The notes under the pieces were generated by a model. The model saw nothing but the letters and a program-made list of their open reading frames with translations, made no database searches and was not told where the DNA came from. Of a DNA stretch of 64,000 bases, positions 11,201 to 24,920 are shown one piece after another (the first letter of the stretch is position 1; each line of letters opens with the position of its first letter). The translations under genes and the position numbers were made by a program. The DNA comes from Mobula hypostoma (Eukaryota): NCBI RefSeq assembly GCF_963921235.1, contig NC_086109.1, positions 31,870,001 through 31,934,000 of the forward strand. Reading direction: 5' to 3'.

Positions 11201-14200
11201 TCAATAGAAAATTAGCTGACTGGCAAGCAGAAAAGAGTGGGAATAAAGGGGGCCTTTTCTGCCAGTGACTAATGGTGTGCCACAGGGTTGTTGCTGGAAT
11301 CTTTTCTTTTCACGTTGCATATCCATAAGTTGAGTGAAGGAATTGTGGCCAAGTTTGCAGACGATACAAAGAAAGGAGGACTAGCAGGTAGTGTTGAGAA
11401 AGTAGGGTATATGCAGAGGAGTTAGACCGATTAAATGAATGGGCAAGGATGTGGCAGATGGAATATAATTACAAAAGTGAATGATCATCCACTTTGACAG
11501 AAGGAATAAAGGCATGCTCTATTTTGTAAAAGGGGAGAAATTTCAAAAATCATAGGTTCAGAGGGACTTGGCAGTCCTATTGTAGGATTCCCAGGAGCAG
11601 ATAGGGAGACATATTATGGAAAGGTGTAATAATAACAGAGTTGTCGTGGTGAAAGATTTTAATTTCACAAATATTGATTAGCATCTCCCTAGAGCAAAGT
11701 GTTTAGATGGGGTGGAGTTTGTTAGGTGTGTTCAGGAAGGTTTCCTGACACAATATGTAGATAAGCCTACAAGAGGAGAGACTGTACTCGATCTGGAATT
11801 GGGAAATGAACCTGGTCAGGTGTCAGGTCTCTCAGTGGATGAACATTTTGGAAATAGTGATCACAATTCTATCTCCTTTACCATAGCATAGGAGAGAGAT
11901 AGGAACAGACAGGTTAGGAAAGCAGTTAATTGGAGTAAGGGGAAATATGAAGCTATCAAGCAGGTACTTAGAAGCATAAATTGGGAACAGATGTTTTCAG
12001 GGAAATATATGGCAGAAATGTGGCAAATATTCAGGGGATATTTGTGTGGCGTTCTGCATAGGTATGTTCCAATGAGACAGGAAAAGGATGGTAGGGTACA
12101 GGACTTGTGGTGCACAAAGGCTGTTGAAAATCTAGTTAAGAAGAAAAGGAAAGCTTAGGAAAGGTTCAAAAAATTAGGTAATAATAGAGATCTAGAAGAT
12201 TATAAGGCTTGCAGGAAGGAGCTTAAGAATGAAATTAGGAGAGCCAGAAGGGGCCATGAGAAGGCCTTGGTGAGTAGGATTTAGGAAAACCCCAAGGCAT
12301 TCTACAAGTATGTGAAGAGCAAGAGGATAAGTCATGACAGAATAGGACCAATCAAGTGTGACAGTGGAAAAGTGTCTATGGAAACAGAGGAGATAGCAGA
12401 GGTGCTTAATGAATACTTTGCTTCAATATTCACTACAGAAAAGAATCTTGGTGATTGTAAGGATGACTTCAGTGGACTGAAAAGCTTGAGCATATAGACA
12501 TTAAGAAAGAGGATGTGCTGGAGCTTTTGGAAAGCATCAAGTTGGCTAAGTCTCCGGGACCGGACGAGATGTACCCCAGGCTACTGTGGGAGGCAAGGGA
12601 GGAGATTGCTAAGCCTCTGACAATGATCTTTGTATCATCAATGGGGACAGGAGAAGTTCTGGAGGATTGGAGGGTTGGAGATTTTGTTCCCTTATTTGAG
12701 AAAGGGAACAGAGATAGCCCATGAAATTATAGACCAGTGATCCCTTACTTCAGTGATTGGTAAGTTGATGGAAAAGATCCTAAGAAGCAGGATTTATGAA
12801 CATTTCGAGAGGCAAAATATGATTAGGAATAGTCAGCATGGCTTTGTCAAAGGCAGGTCGTGCCTTACAAGCCTGATTGAATTTTTTGAGGATGTGACTA
12901 AACACATTGATGAAGGTAGAGCAGTAGATGCAGTGTATATGGATTTCAGCACGGCATTAGGTACCCAATGCAAGGCTTATTGAGAAAGTAAGGAGACATG
13001 GGATCCAAGGGGACCTTGCTTTGTGGATCCAGAATTGGCTTGCTCACAGGAGGCAAAGAGTGGTTGCAGATGGGTCATATTCTGCATGGAGGTCGGTGAC
13101 CAGTGGTGTGCCTCAGGGATCTGTTCTGGGACCACTTCTCTTCATGATTTTTATAAATGGCCTGGATGAGGAAATGGAGGGATAGGTTAGTAAATTTGCT
13201 GATGACACAAAGGTTGAGGGTGTTGTGGCTAGTGTGGAGGGATGTCAGAGGTTACAGCGGGACATCAAGAGGATGCAAAATTGGTCTGAGAAGTGGCAGA
13301 TGGAGTTCAACCCAGATAAGTGTGAGGTGGTTCATCTTCGTATGTCACATACATGGTAGAATATAGTATTAATGGTAAGACTCTTGGCAGTGTTGGAGGA
13401 TCAGAGGGATTTTGGGGTCCGAGACACACAAAGCTGCTGCGCAGGTTGACTCTGTGGTTAAGAAGGCGTATAGTGCATTGGCCTTCATCAACCGTGGGAT
13501 TGAGTTTAAGAGCCGAGAGGTAATGTTACATCTATATAGTAGTCAGACCCCACTTGGAGTACTGTGCTCAGTTCTGGTCACCTCACTACAGGAAGGATGT
13601 GAAAACTATAGAAAGGGTGCAGATGAGATTTACAAGGATGTTGCCTGGATTGGGGAGCATGCCTTATGAGAATAGTTTGAGTGACCTTAGCCTTTTCCCC
13701 TTGTAAGGGTGGAAGGAGAGAGATGACCTGATGAAAATGTATAAGATGATGAGAAGCATTGATCAAGTGGATAGTCAGAGGCTTTTTCCCAGGACTGAAA
13801 TGGTTAACATGAGAGGGCACAGTTTTAAGGTGCTTGGAAGCAGATACAGAGGCGAATTCAGGAGTAAGCTTTTTACGCAGAGAGTGGTGAGTGCGTGGAA
13901 TGGGCTGCTGGCGACGGTGATGGAGGTGGATATGATAGGGTCTTTTAAGAGACTCCTGGATAGGTACATGGAGCTTAGAAAATTAGAGGGCTATGGGTAA
14001 CCCTAGGTAATTTCTAAAGTAACATGTTTGGCACAGCACTGGGCATGTATTATGCTGTAGCTTTTCTATGTTTCTATGTTTCTATTCTCTAAAGGTTGTG
14101 TAGGTTCTAAGGAAGGCAAACATAATGTTAGCATTCATTTTGAAAGGACTAGAATACAAAATCAAGGATGTTGTGTTTATAAGGCATTGATCAGACCACA

Positions 14201-14995
14201 CTTGGAGTACTATGAGCAGTTTTGGGCCCCTTATCTATGAAATGATATGCTGGCGTTGGAGAGATTCCAAAGGAGGATCACGAGAATGATCCCAGGAATG
14301 AAAGGCTTAATATACAAGAAGCATTTGATGGCTCTGGACCTGTACTCAATAGAGTTTAGAAAAATGAGGGGGGTATCTTATTGAAACCTATCAAATATTG
14401 AAAGGCCTAGATAGAGTGGATGTGGAGAGGATGTTTCCTATAGTGGGGGATACTAGGACCAGAATCAGAATAAGGTTCATTATCATGGGCATGTGATGTG
14501 AAATTTGTTAACTTAGCAGCAGCAGTTCAATACAATACATAACATAGAAGAGAGAAAAAAATAATAATAAATAAATAAATTGCAGTATACATATATTGAG
14601 TAGATTTTTTAAAATGCAAAAAACAGAAATACCATATATTATAAAATGTGAGATAGTGTCCAAGGGTTCAATGTCCATTTAGGTCAATGTTCATTGACCA
14701 AAGGGCAAAGTGTCAGAATAGAGAGACTTCCATTTAGAACCGAGATGAGGAAGAATTTCTTTAGCCAGAGGCTGGTGAATCTGTGGAATTCTTTGCCACA
14801 GACAGCTGTGCAGACCAAGTCATTGGGTACATTTAAGGTGGTGATTGATAGGTTCTTAATTAATCGGGGCATCAAAGTTTACTGGGACAGGGGAAGAGAA
14901 TAGGGTTGACAGGGATAATAAATCAGCCATGATAGAATGGTGAAGCAGACTCGATGGGCCAAATGGGCTAATTCTGCTCCTAGGTCTCATGGTCC
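8260..14995 (+). mobile_element. Near full-length degenerate CR1 LINE (5'UTR, ORF1, ORF2, 3'UTR) with nested insertions
   Basis: ORF1 remnants at ~8630-9330: CSLC..C zinc finger, zipper, and esterase-like AVVTGNSIIRG..RFCG..CCL. ORF2 remnants from ~9570: YLNA start, YRP.NS, KFADDTK at ~11350. The 3' end matches other CR1 copies. Many stops and frameshifts. Confidence 0.85.
11593..14085 (+). mobile_element. 5'-truncated CR1 LINE of a second subfamily, nested in the first
   Basis: ORF pieces KSPGPDEMYPRLL, SQHGFVKGRSCLTSLIEFFEDVT, FTQRVVSAWNGL. (TTTCTATG)n tail at ~14063-14085. The host CR1 reads ggattccc...taaagg across the insertion. Confidence 0.9.
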
Positions 14996-15242
14996 AATCT
15001 TTAATTGGCAATTTTGTTAATTGTAGTTAATACGATGGTTTGATTAGAAACAAATCCATTGAACTAGCAAACGTGGTGTTTTTCTTCTTATTATACAGAA
15101 AAGAACACAATTCAACTTATTTGTGTATTATATAAATTTTGCATTGTTTAATAGACAGAGCGGACTGTGGATAGAAATGAGCCCTGAATCCAAGGATATT
15201 TTTTTCGATGATGAAACAGTGTACATGCATACATATACATTC

Positions 15243-15794
15243 TACATTAAATACATCCTGTACTTAATAAAGTGGACACTGAGTGTATGTTCCTTGTCCT
15301 CTTCCTCTGTGCCCCATCACTTCAAGGTTTGACGTGTTGTGCATTCAGAGATGCTCTTCTGCACTCCACTGTTGTAACACGTGGGTATTTGCTTTCCTGT
15401 TGCCTTCCTGTCAGCTTGAGCCAGTCTGGCCATTCTCCACTGACCTCTCTCATTATCAAAGCAATTTCACCTACAGAACTGCCACTCACTGGATTCTTTT
15501 TTTTTTGTTTTTCGCACCACTCTCTGCAAACTCTAGAGACTGTTGTGCTTGAAAATCCCTGGAGATCAGCAGTTTCTGAAATACCCAAATCACCCTGTCT
15601 GGTACAAACAATCATTTCAAGATCAAAGTCACCTAGATCACATTCCTTCCCCATTCTGGTGTGGTGGTTTGAATTACAGCTGAACTATGTCTGCATGTTT
15701 TAATGCATTGAGTGGCCCTCAAATGATTGGCTAATTAGATATTTGACTTAACAAGCAGGTGCACTGGTGTACTTAATAAAGTGGCCACTGAGTG
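15243..15794 (-). mobile_element. Internally deleted Tc1-like element with transposase N-terminal remnant
   Basis: TIR motif taataaagtggccactgagtg followed by TA. ORF 15322-15654 (MGKECDLGDFDLEMIVCTRQGDLGISETADLQGFSSTTVSRV) resembles the Tc1 HTH N-terminus. Confidence 0.85.
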
Positions 15795-15804
15795 TACATA
15801 ATCA

Positions 15805-16481
15805 GAGGGGAGAAGAAGATGGTGGCGTGATGCAGCGCGCACGGCCGCTCTGTTAAATAGGGGCCGTGCACAATCCTGATTTGATGGAGACGGACGTGAG
15901 AAGCATGGAGGGACATCTTGAGAACTTTCTGAAATGCCTACTTCACTGCCGCTGCTACTGGGCAATCGAGAATCTCTGGAGGGGAAGGCCCCAAATCCTC
16001 GGCTATGCCTGATGCCTGTTGTCGGGGCGGGGGTCAAAGCGCTGGGCAGAGATGGTGCGCGTTACTTGGTGTCGGAGGGCTGGTCAGAGGCTCGAAGTTT
16101 TCGGACGGACTCAAGGGTCAGACTGTGGTCGGGTGCTTCTAGGATGCTGCATCATCAAGTTTGCGGCGCTGGAAGCTCATGGCAGGGAGAGTTCCTCCCT
16201 TCTACCGTCTGCGTGAGATGATGGGACTTTCAAGAAACTTTGTGACTTTTTTTTACCGTGCCCATGGTCTGTTCTTCATCAAATTACAGTATTGCTTTGC
16301 ACTGTTGTAACTATATGTTATAATTATGTGGGTTTTGTCAGGTTTTTTTTAGTCTTGGTTTGTCTTGTGTTTCTGTGATATCATTCTGGAGGAACAAATT
16401 GTATCATTTCTTAATGCATGCATTACTAAATGGCAATAAAAGAGGACTGCATCTCCTCATAATCTAATCTAATCTAATCTA
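15805..16481 (+). mobile_element. Non-autonomous non-LTR retroposon, copy B
   Basis: Homologous to 2300-3000, with an (AATCT)4 tail. Confidence 0.8.
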
Positions 16482-16539
16482 GTTGGTACACTAATGAATC
16501 ACAAATCAACTTTTCCTAGAGAGGAAACAAGAAAAAAGT

Positions 16540-16700
16540 AAAATGGACTCTGAACTTCTATTAAACAGCTAAATATCTTCTGTACAGCAATGGGTTACAG
16601 ATTAGAGCCAAAACAGACGTCATGGAGAATGTTCTTCACAGAATAAATTAAATGACCTGGACTTTGCTGACAACATTGATCTGAGTGAAAATGCTACACA
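16540..16700 (+). mobile_element. Small, highly degenerate RTE-like RT fragment
   Basis: ttaaatgacctggactttgctgacaacatt translates to LNDLDFADNI, resembling the RTE LxDLDFADDI motif. Confidence 0.45.
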
Positions 16701-17639
16701 AAAGGGTCTGCCATCTCTGAGCTACACGGCACATTTTACAATATGAGCTCCTGTCGGGTGTCTGGCAGCCAGCAACAGTGATGTTGCTAGCTGAGTGAGA
16801 AACCATCACATTGAAATATGCTTGCAGACAGCAAATCAGAAAATATAAGGGATAAGAAATTTAGGAAGGAACATTAAACTGACTGCATGAGCATTTGTGG
16901 CAGTTTTCTTTAAAGTCTTTTAAGAGTGCTTGAGGATTCAAATAAGAGGGGATACAGAGTGGTTCTTGGATGTGTAAACACACAGAGGGGACATTCTTCA
17001 ATCATTCTGCAACAGAGAAACTTGTGCGGTCAAACAGAGTCAGCAGAAATTGGGGAAGGAGATCAGGGAGGTGGGTGACAACAGTGGAAGAGACAGCAGA
17101 AAGGGAAGGCAGATGGGGAAGTAACATGGAGAAATGGGAGATAAAATACAAAGCTAGGCAATAAGAAGGAATGTCAAATACATGACCAGGAAAGGTGGGT
17201 TGGTTTTGGGTTGAAGTGAACAAGACAAAATCTTTATGGGGCTCATGACAGGTCGCAGAACTTGCATGGTCACTTTTACCGAACACAGAAGCATGTCTCA
17301 GCTCTAAAGTTAAGACCAGCTTCTGTTCAATTGGCCTTCAGAGTCTGTAGGCTTCAAATGCACAAATGGATTTTGTAAATAATACCAAGATACATATGAT
17401 GCACCCTTCAACCTCTTTGTGCACCCCTGTAGCATTTGTCAGTTTCATATTAATGTGGAGGGTTCGGGAGAACTTTAAAATTTGTGCAAAACACAGCAGA
17501 AGGATAAAGTTGTGTTTTAGACTAATTCATTTGGGATTGCGTAGAACTGTCCTGCTACACAGAAGTGTTTTATAGTATGTTATAAAACAGTTTATAATAT
17601 TTGAAAGAGTACAATCTATAAGGGGCCAAAAGCTGACTT

Positions 17640-18290
17640 AGAACTGAGAGCAGCAGAGCACAGCAAAGGCCCTTCACCCCTATCATGATGCCAATCTAAA
17701 CTGATTCCATCTGCCTTCACTTTTTCCATATACATTTCCTTCCTACCTGTTCATGTATTTGTCAAAATGCCTCTTCAGTATTGCTCTGATATCTGTTTTC
17801 ATCACTCACCCCGGTAGAAAGTTACATGAACTTGCCACATTTCAAGTAAATAAACTTGCCACACTTCAAGTAAATAAACTTGCCTCATAAATCTCCTTTC
17901 AACTTTCTCCTTCTCACCTAAAACTATGCCCTCTAGTGTATGACATTTCCACCCTGTGAAAAAGACTCTGCCCTATCTGAAAACTTTACATCCTGCCAGC
18001 CAGCAAAAATAATGCAGGATTATCTATCTTATCCAATCCAGACAACTTTCTGACAAAGCTGTTCTACATTCTATCCAAAGCCTTCTTATCCTCCCAGCAA
18101 CACAGCACAAAAACTGTACTCCACATATGACTTAAACAAAGTTCTGTACTGCTGCAATATGACTTTCCATCTTCCATACTCAATGCCCCAACTAATGAAT
18201 GCAAGCATACCATATAACATCTTCCTTATCCATTTGATTTGCTTCTTGTTTTGCCATCATTCCAAAACAAAGTCATCTCCAAAGTTCAAA
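17640..18290 (-). mobile_element. Degenerate CR1 3' fragment
   Basis: atgccctctagtgtatgacatttccaccctgtgaaaaagactc matches CR1 3' regions at ~4030 and, reverse-complemented, ~54300. Confidence 0.65.
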
Positions 18291-18329
18291 ACCTAGGACT
18301 TAGCACCTCCTTCTGCAGCCGGATAGAGA

Positions 18330-18900
18330 GGAGATAGAGAACATGTTTGACAAGACAATAATTTTTTCCTCAATGTAAACAAAACAAAAGAGTTAATAGT
18401 TGACTTCAGGAAGCAGAGCAGAGTACTGTACATGTCTGTAGGTGTAGCACACTGTTCCTTAGTATAAATATCACCAAAAATTTGTCCTAGACCAAGCAAG
18501 GAACTAACCCAGTGTCTCTACTTCCTTAGAAAAATAAGGAAGTTCAACATGACCCTAATGACTCTAACCAATTTTTACACATGCACCATAGAAAATCTGC
18601 TATCCAGATCTGTACAGCTTGATATGTCAACTGCCCTGCCCAGGACTGCAGGAAGTTGCAGAGAGTTCTAAACATATGAAGATAACCATATGAAGAAGAA
18701 ATCTTGATCTCTCAGTCCACATCATCATAGCCCATGTGTCTACCTTCACTGCACTTTCTACAGTGTGTAACAGTACATTCTGCATTTTGTTATTGTTTTT
18801 CTTTTCCTCCTACTTTGAATACTTCGATCTGTTTGGATGGAATGCAAAAAAAAGCTTTTCCCTGTATGTCAGTACATATTATAAATCATAACCAATTTCA
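18330..18900 (+). mobile_element. Degenerate Rex-Babar fragment
   Basis: ctcaatgtaaacaaaacaaaagagttaatagttgacttcagg encodes LNVNKTKELIVDFR. Confidence 0.7.
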
Positions 18901-18939
18901 GGTAGCTATGAACTTTCACTCCAAGATCCCGCTGTACAT

Positions 18940-19185
18940 TATAAGACATAGGAGCAGAATTAGGTCATTTGACCCATTGAGTCTGCTCCACCATTCCATC
19001 GTGACTGATTTATTATACGATTCTCCCGTCTCCCCATAACCTTCAATACCCTTACTAATTGAGAACATGACGACCTCCACAATGAATTGGCCTCCATAAA
19101 TTCACCACCCTCTGGATAAAGAAATTCCTCCTGATCTCTGGTCTAAAGGGATGACCTTCTATTCTGAGGCTGTCCCCTCTGGTCC
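18940..19185 (-). mobile_element. CR1 3' end fragment
   Basis: cataggagcagaattaggtcatt...gagtctgctccaccattc is the reverse complement of the CR1 3'UTRs at ~14930-14990 and ~56820-56880. Confidence 0.75.
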
Positions 19186-21824
19186 TTGCACATAAAGGTC
19201 CTGCCATTTATTGTAAAGTTTCTTTATCTATGTTTCTCTGGTGCAGAGTTATTCAAGTACAGGCTCTTCTGTGTGTCTTCATGGCAAGGTGATTTTGAAT
19301 CAAAACTACCAACTCATGTGCCTCAGTTACGTTTCATGCAGCAAAAGATATCATTTTCAGGCAAGTTTAACAGTGGCAGTTGCTCATAATTACCTGAAAC
19401 TTCGCAAAAAATGTTGAAGAAGTAATATATCATTAACTAGATTTCCACTTTAACCAAATGTATGCATACTCCTGATGAAATCAATTTCATAGCAATAATG
19501 ACTGAGTACATTGACAAGTTTGTAATCCTTACACTGCAAAATCTGGGCCAAAAGCATCCACTCATCCCACAAAGGAAAATTACATGGAAAGTGTCCAAGC
19601 TGAAGGAAATGCAAAATTGTTTTTAGTTTATCTGCTATCAATGTACATCAATGCCAATTATATCACATTCCCACTGACATCTATTAAAGAGCACTGCTGT
19701 TATGAGCTAAATGGCTATAAGATTTATTTAGTAATATTCTTGGCTTGAAATGTCTGCAGTAATGTGTTGCATGTATAACATAAAACAGAGAAAAAGAAGC
19801 TATTCCAGAAGGATTAGAAGATTCAAAGAGAAATGCAAAACTGCAGGTGAGCATTTCATTCTGTGTAATATATCAACATTTTGAATGTTTAATGTTTTAT
19901 TAAACCACCAATACACTTGTTATGCACTAGTTCCCTGTAACTTTCATATTAAACATTTTATTACAATGACAAAGAAAAATTGGTACTTTTTCATGTTTGG
20001 TAGTGAATTTTGCACATAAGACTGTACTTGCTCATTGATCTGAATTACATCAATGCTTGAGTATTTCTTGAATACATCTGTGAATTCCAGATTTTATAAC
20101 ATCTGACATGTGTAATTTAAAGGCAGTGAAACATAATGTCTTGCCTCATTCAAAGTTATTCCATTTAACAATTTCAGCAACTGGCCAGCAAGAAAGTTGT
20201 TTGATGTCTCACTCAGAAGGCTGAGTCCTTAATATGCATTATTTCTGTGCTGGTGGAGATCCTGGTAGAGCTCATTATCGTTGGGCCAGTAAAATAGCTG
20301 GCTTCCAAAAGGCCAGCATAGCCCAGGTAATGGTGGATGAGGTTGGGGTGATATTGAAGAAGGTGCAAGGAGAAGAAATGACCCATGGAATTCATCTGAC
20401 CCCACAAAGCAACTCAGGCTCCTCCAGGCTCTACACCCCTGTGCCGGGTTAAAGTTTATGCACTTCTCTGAATTTAAGAGACTTTGTCAACTGCTTATAT
20501 CTTGTTACATCGCAGTTAGTGCCTCGCGTCTGCAAGGACTCAGGTTCAATTCTGGCATTAGGTTGACTATGTGGAGTCTCCCTAGGTGCTCCAGTTCCAT
20601 CCCAAGTTCCAAAGATGAACTAGTAAGTAAATTACCTACTGTAAATAACTCTTAGTGTAGGTAAGAGGCAAAAGAATCAAAGGGGAGTTGACAGACATAT
20701 GAGAGAGAATAAGTTCCAGGGGCATAATGAAATAAGAGAAATTACACTGATTGGACTGATCTGTTGGGAGATGGCAAGGATCAAATGGGTAGAATGGCCT
20801 CCTTCTACTTTTCCAAAAAAGGAAAAATCATTCATCAGAACATTATTTGCAGCATGCTTGTAGCTCATTTGAACTGCCACAAATAAAGGTGTTTCATTAA
20901 AACTCTGTGTTAAGTGAGTGCATAAAGGACCGTGATATTCTGTTTCCATAAACAGTTCAGAGGAATCCAATATACACTCTCTGGCAATAAGGCACAGGAT
21001 ATATGTAAATCCTGGGATGCAGAATATACACAAACGTGTAAAGGTGTGACAAAACAGAAAACCTTCCTACCTACACACCAAAATAAGATCAGCACACACA
21101 AAAAATGTAGCTCAAGACCATTTGGCAGAAGAAGCACAAAAAAGATTCATTAGAAAGCTTGGGAAATATGATAGAGCGCAAGCCATGTAAATTATTACTT
21201 GGAGTGTTTTTATGTTTTTTTATATATGAGATGACCAACATTGCAGAGGCTGTGCTCACAATATTGAAGACAAATGACCAGGATCCATCATAGAAGGTCC
21301 AACATCATCATGTAGTTCAGTAGACATGGTTTCTCATGAGAACTAAAAGCACACTGCAACTTGGCACTATCGGAAATGTTTCAAAGTTTCGAATTCAGTA
21401 TGTGTAACTAAATGCCAGCAGAGGCACTCTAAATGTGAGGAACTTAGCAAGACAGTGTACTTGTAATACATCCCTCAGGGTGTTGATGGTATGCTAGTGT
21501 GTGGGGGATGTGAAGGCAGGGTAGGCATCAAGTTCCTTAACAACCAAAAAGCCTAATTTTCAAAACAATTTTGATGGAAGTAGCACTGGGTAATTTGAGT
21601 CAGGTCAATGTACAGATGTGATCTTCTGGACAAAGCCACAGGACTGTAATATTGAAATCAGCATGCTTTCTCTATTGAGGCCTGGCCACTTGAGGATTTG
21701 GGAAGTGGAAACCTGAGAGCTAGGAAAAATTTTGGTAGCAAGATTCCAAAAGGTGGGAGAACTTATTATCGATCTGAGGAAAAACTTGCAGCTTCTATCT
21801 GCTTATTTAATGTACTTGAAGGCT

Positions 21825-22390
21825 GTTATAGCTAGGGGTGGTATTGGGGATAAGCTCCCACTACCTATCAAATGCTCCCAATGGCATGCACCTCAAATAG
21901 CCTTTGATAACCTGGCCTTTAATTTTGACTTAGCTGCTAAGCCCACAGACACGATTTCTACTGACAGAAGAGGGGCAAAGGTGGGTTTCTGACACCTTAA
22001 CACCTGTCGCTTCAGGCAGATGGGGCTTGACAGCCATGGTTGGCAGCTCATCCAGAAGAAGGAAATCTCAGATTTCAAACCTCCACTGCCTCGCAGCCAT
22101 ACCCATTCATGGGGAAGGCTTTGGGAGTAAACCCTGAGGGAAAAATCCAGAGCTGAAGTCCCTAATGCAGCCTACATTGAGTTCAACGCTGACGAGCAAC
22201 TCCTTTGACGCTGCTGATGCCGAACTATATTGGCCTCTGTTGTTCCTTTGGATTCATCAGATGCGTGGAGAGGGGGGGGGGGGGTTGCTGCATGGGAAAC
22301 AGCTTGCTCTCCATATTGTACTGTCCTATCTTGCATACTTAGTCAACCAGGATGCAACATCCTTCGTCGACCCTGACCAACAGAGTCCTA
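21825..22390 (+). mobile_element. Interspersed non-coding retroposon, probably RTE-related
   Basis: Discrete GC-richer block with ggttggcagctcatccagaagaaggaaa...atttcaaacc, recalled as resembling RTE 5'UTRs. Not verified by search. Confidence 0.4.
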
Positions 22391-23109
22391 AGCTGCGTTA
22401 ATATTGGACAGCTGGCATAAGTTTGATGCAGTCAATGGTTTACGAGGAAGCATGGAAATAGTCTTACTAAGTACATCAAGAGCAGTTATCCAAATACAAT
22501 CAAACTGACAACGATACTGAGGAATGCAATTCTTTCATTCAAAAGTAAACTTTATTTATAATAATAAACATACACAGAAGAAGAAACAGTGCAGAACTTT
22601 TACGTTCACTGTCATTACATTCAATAGCATTCATTTATTCTTTTAAAACCATTGGACCATTGTTACATATGTGCATCCCCCCCACTTGCCCCCTACCCAC
22701 AGGATAAGACAAAATGGTGCCAAGCTACAATGTCTGTCAAGGTTGTGGTTCAACTTAATTATCTTAGAAGTTTTGTAACATAGGTTTTGGGGAGAGTGTG
22801 GGAAGCTAGGGGTCAGGTTTGGGTTTAGGGACAGGGATAAAGGAGAGTTGGAGGTCAGGTCCATGTCCTGACTAAAGCGCTCTAGTCTGTTTTTGAAGGC
22901 CAGTGATCCCCGTTGACAGATGTCTGGTCAACAAGTGCTGTGATTGAAGACCAGTGATCCCATGTCAGTCACGCCTATGGAAGAGGGCTGCTGCCCTCCC
23001 AGTCAGCTGGCACCAGGATTGGGGATCTATGCGAAAAGTAGGCACCAGGGCCTATGACCCTCCAGGAAGGCGAGTTCCAGGGTTAGAATATGTGTGAGTC
23101 CAAAGTTTG

Positions 23110-23955
23110 AAGCCTGAAGCTCGAAGTCCCATAATCAGCAAGACTTAGGGTCGAAACACTGTGAAACGGGGCACCTCTTTTTCTTGTATTAGGGAGAGAG
23201 AGAGAGCCTGTGGTATGACAAATACTGGGTGAATGAGTAGTCTTTGGGGTACTGCAAGCCTGTGTCTTTATTGGTGTTTTGCTGTATGCTTGAGTGCTCA
23301 GAGAGGGGTGCTGATGCTTCTTTGCTGGTGGGGAAGGTGGAGGGGTCGTTGCTTTGCTGCTGTTTATGCGTGGGAGGGTGGAGTTGGGGGGGCTTTGCGG
23401 TTCTAACATTTAACTGTCATTCATTCTTTGGGGCACTCCTGTGTTTTTGTGGACGTTTGTAAAGAAGAAGAATTTTAGGATGCATATTGTATACATTTCC
23501 TTGACATTAAATTTACCCATTGAAACAGCAGATCAAAGCCTGAAGATCCAAGACTGAAATCAGCAAGTCCAGAAGTCAAGACCTAATGGTCAAAGCTGGG
23601 GTTCAGTGTGTCTGAAAGTCAGAGGTCAGATGTCTGTGAGTCTGCAAATCCACTGGCGGCAAAAGGCCCGCAGGTGACCTGTCCTGGGATTGGAGATGTG
23701 TCAGTGTGTAGGAGTGGGTGGAAGAGAAGAACAGGCTTGTTTTGCAAATGTTGTTTTGTTTTGTTGCTGTTGTTGTTATTGCTTGTGTACTTCTGTTGAA
23801 CTTTGTGGGCATGCTACATTGGTGCTGGATTGGGTGGTGGGCCTTGCATGCTGCCCCCGTCACATCCTCAGGTTGTGCTGGTTGTTAATGCAAATGACAC
23901 ATTTCACTGTATGTTTCAATGTACAGGTGATAAATAAATAAATCTGGAATCTGAC
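23110..23955 (+). mobile_element. Two adjacent or nested LINE-tailed non-autonomous elements
   Basis: The tail at ~23400-23525 is the reverse complement of the insert at ~11040-11150. A second tail ends aataaataaatctggaatctg at ~23950. Confidence 0.5.
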
Positions 23956-24920
23956 TTCAGTAGCCTTGCAAATACTATTTAACTAATATTCAGTGTGTTA
24001 TAATGAGGGTGGATATTGAAGCAGGCTGCTCCTTCAAGGGACATGATATTCAGACAAGTCCTGCTAACTTCGACTATGGTTCTCCTGTTGAATACTTGCC
24101 AAAGTAATGTTGTGAACAATGAGACAAGTGAGGTGCACTGTGGTCAGAGATCATTGGGAAGCTGTGCAGCCAATAATTGCAAAAGACTGCACCCAGATGC
24201 TGGGAGAGTTAATGTTCAATTTGATTTGTGAATTTGAAGTATAATGTTTTCCATCTAACCAATAAGCAACTACAACAGAAACAGTCAGATCACTTCTACC
24301 ATCCATGTTTGGATAGGTATATGGATGGTAGGGGAATGGAGGGATATGATCCTGGTGCAGATTGATGGAAGTAGGCAGGTTAAATAATTAAGCACAGAAT
24401 AGAACATGCTGAAGTACCTACTTCTGTGCTGTACATTTCTATGACTCTATGCCTTGATGAATATTGGATTTGATTTTTCTCAGTCAGGAGTAAGAGCAAG
24501 TCGCCGAGTATTCTCAGGTTATTGAACTGTGTAACATCTTCTACAGAAGTGCCGGAGGGCTACGGGCAGTTCCTCAAGACACAAGTAGAAACGGACCACA
24601 AGTCAAAGAGTGATGTAGCACAGAAACAGGCCAAGCCCAACTCATCCATGTCAAGCGAGATGCCCATGTACCAGCACCAGCTGTTGAAAGAGGAACTTGC
24701 TTGAAACTTACTGGTCTTGCAGAAACACGGGATGTCCATAAGGGAATAGTGCCACTGACACATTCCAGGCTACAGAAGTACGTGATCTGCCATGCACAGA
24801 AACCCAGGTACAGTCAACAATATGGCTTTGTGGAGGAGGATGGTCCTTCTCCCACCAGACATTGAGGGGCTAAGCCTGGTATAGGGACCTCTCAAACATT
24901 AGAAGTTGTATCATTCCAGA

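Noticed and set aside
17829..17885. 24-bp direct repeat aacttgccaca(t/c)ttcaagtaaata, about 2.3 copies
   Set aside because: A local slippage duplication inside a CR1 remnant. There are no spacers, so it is not CRISPR-like.
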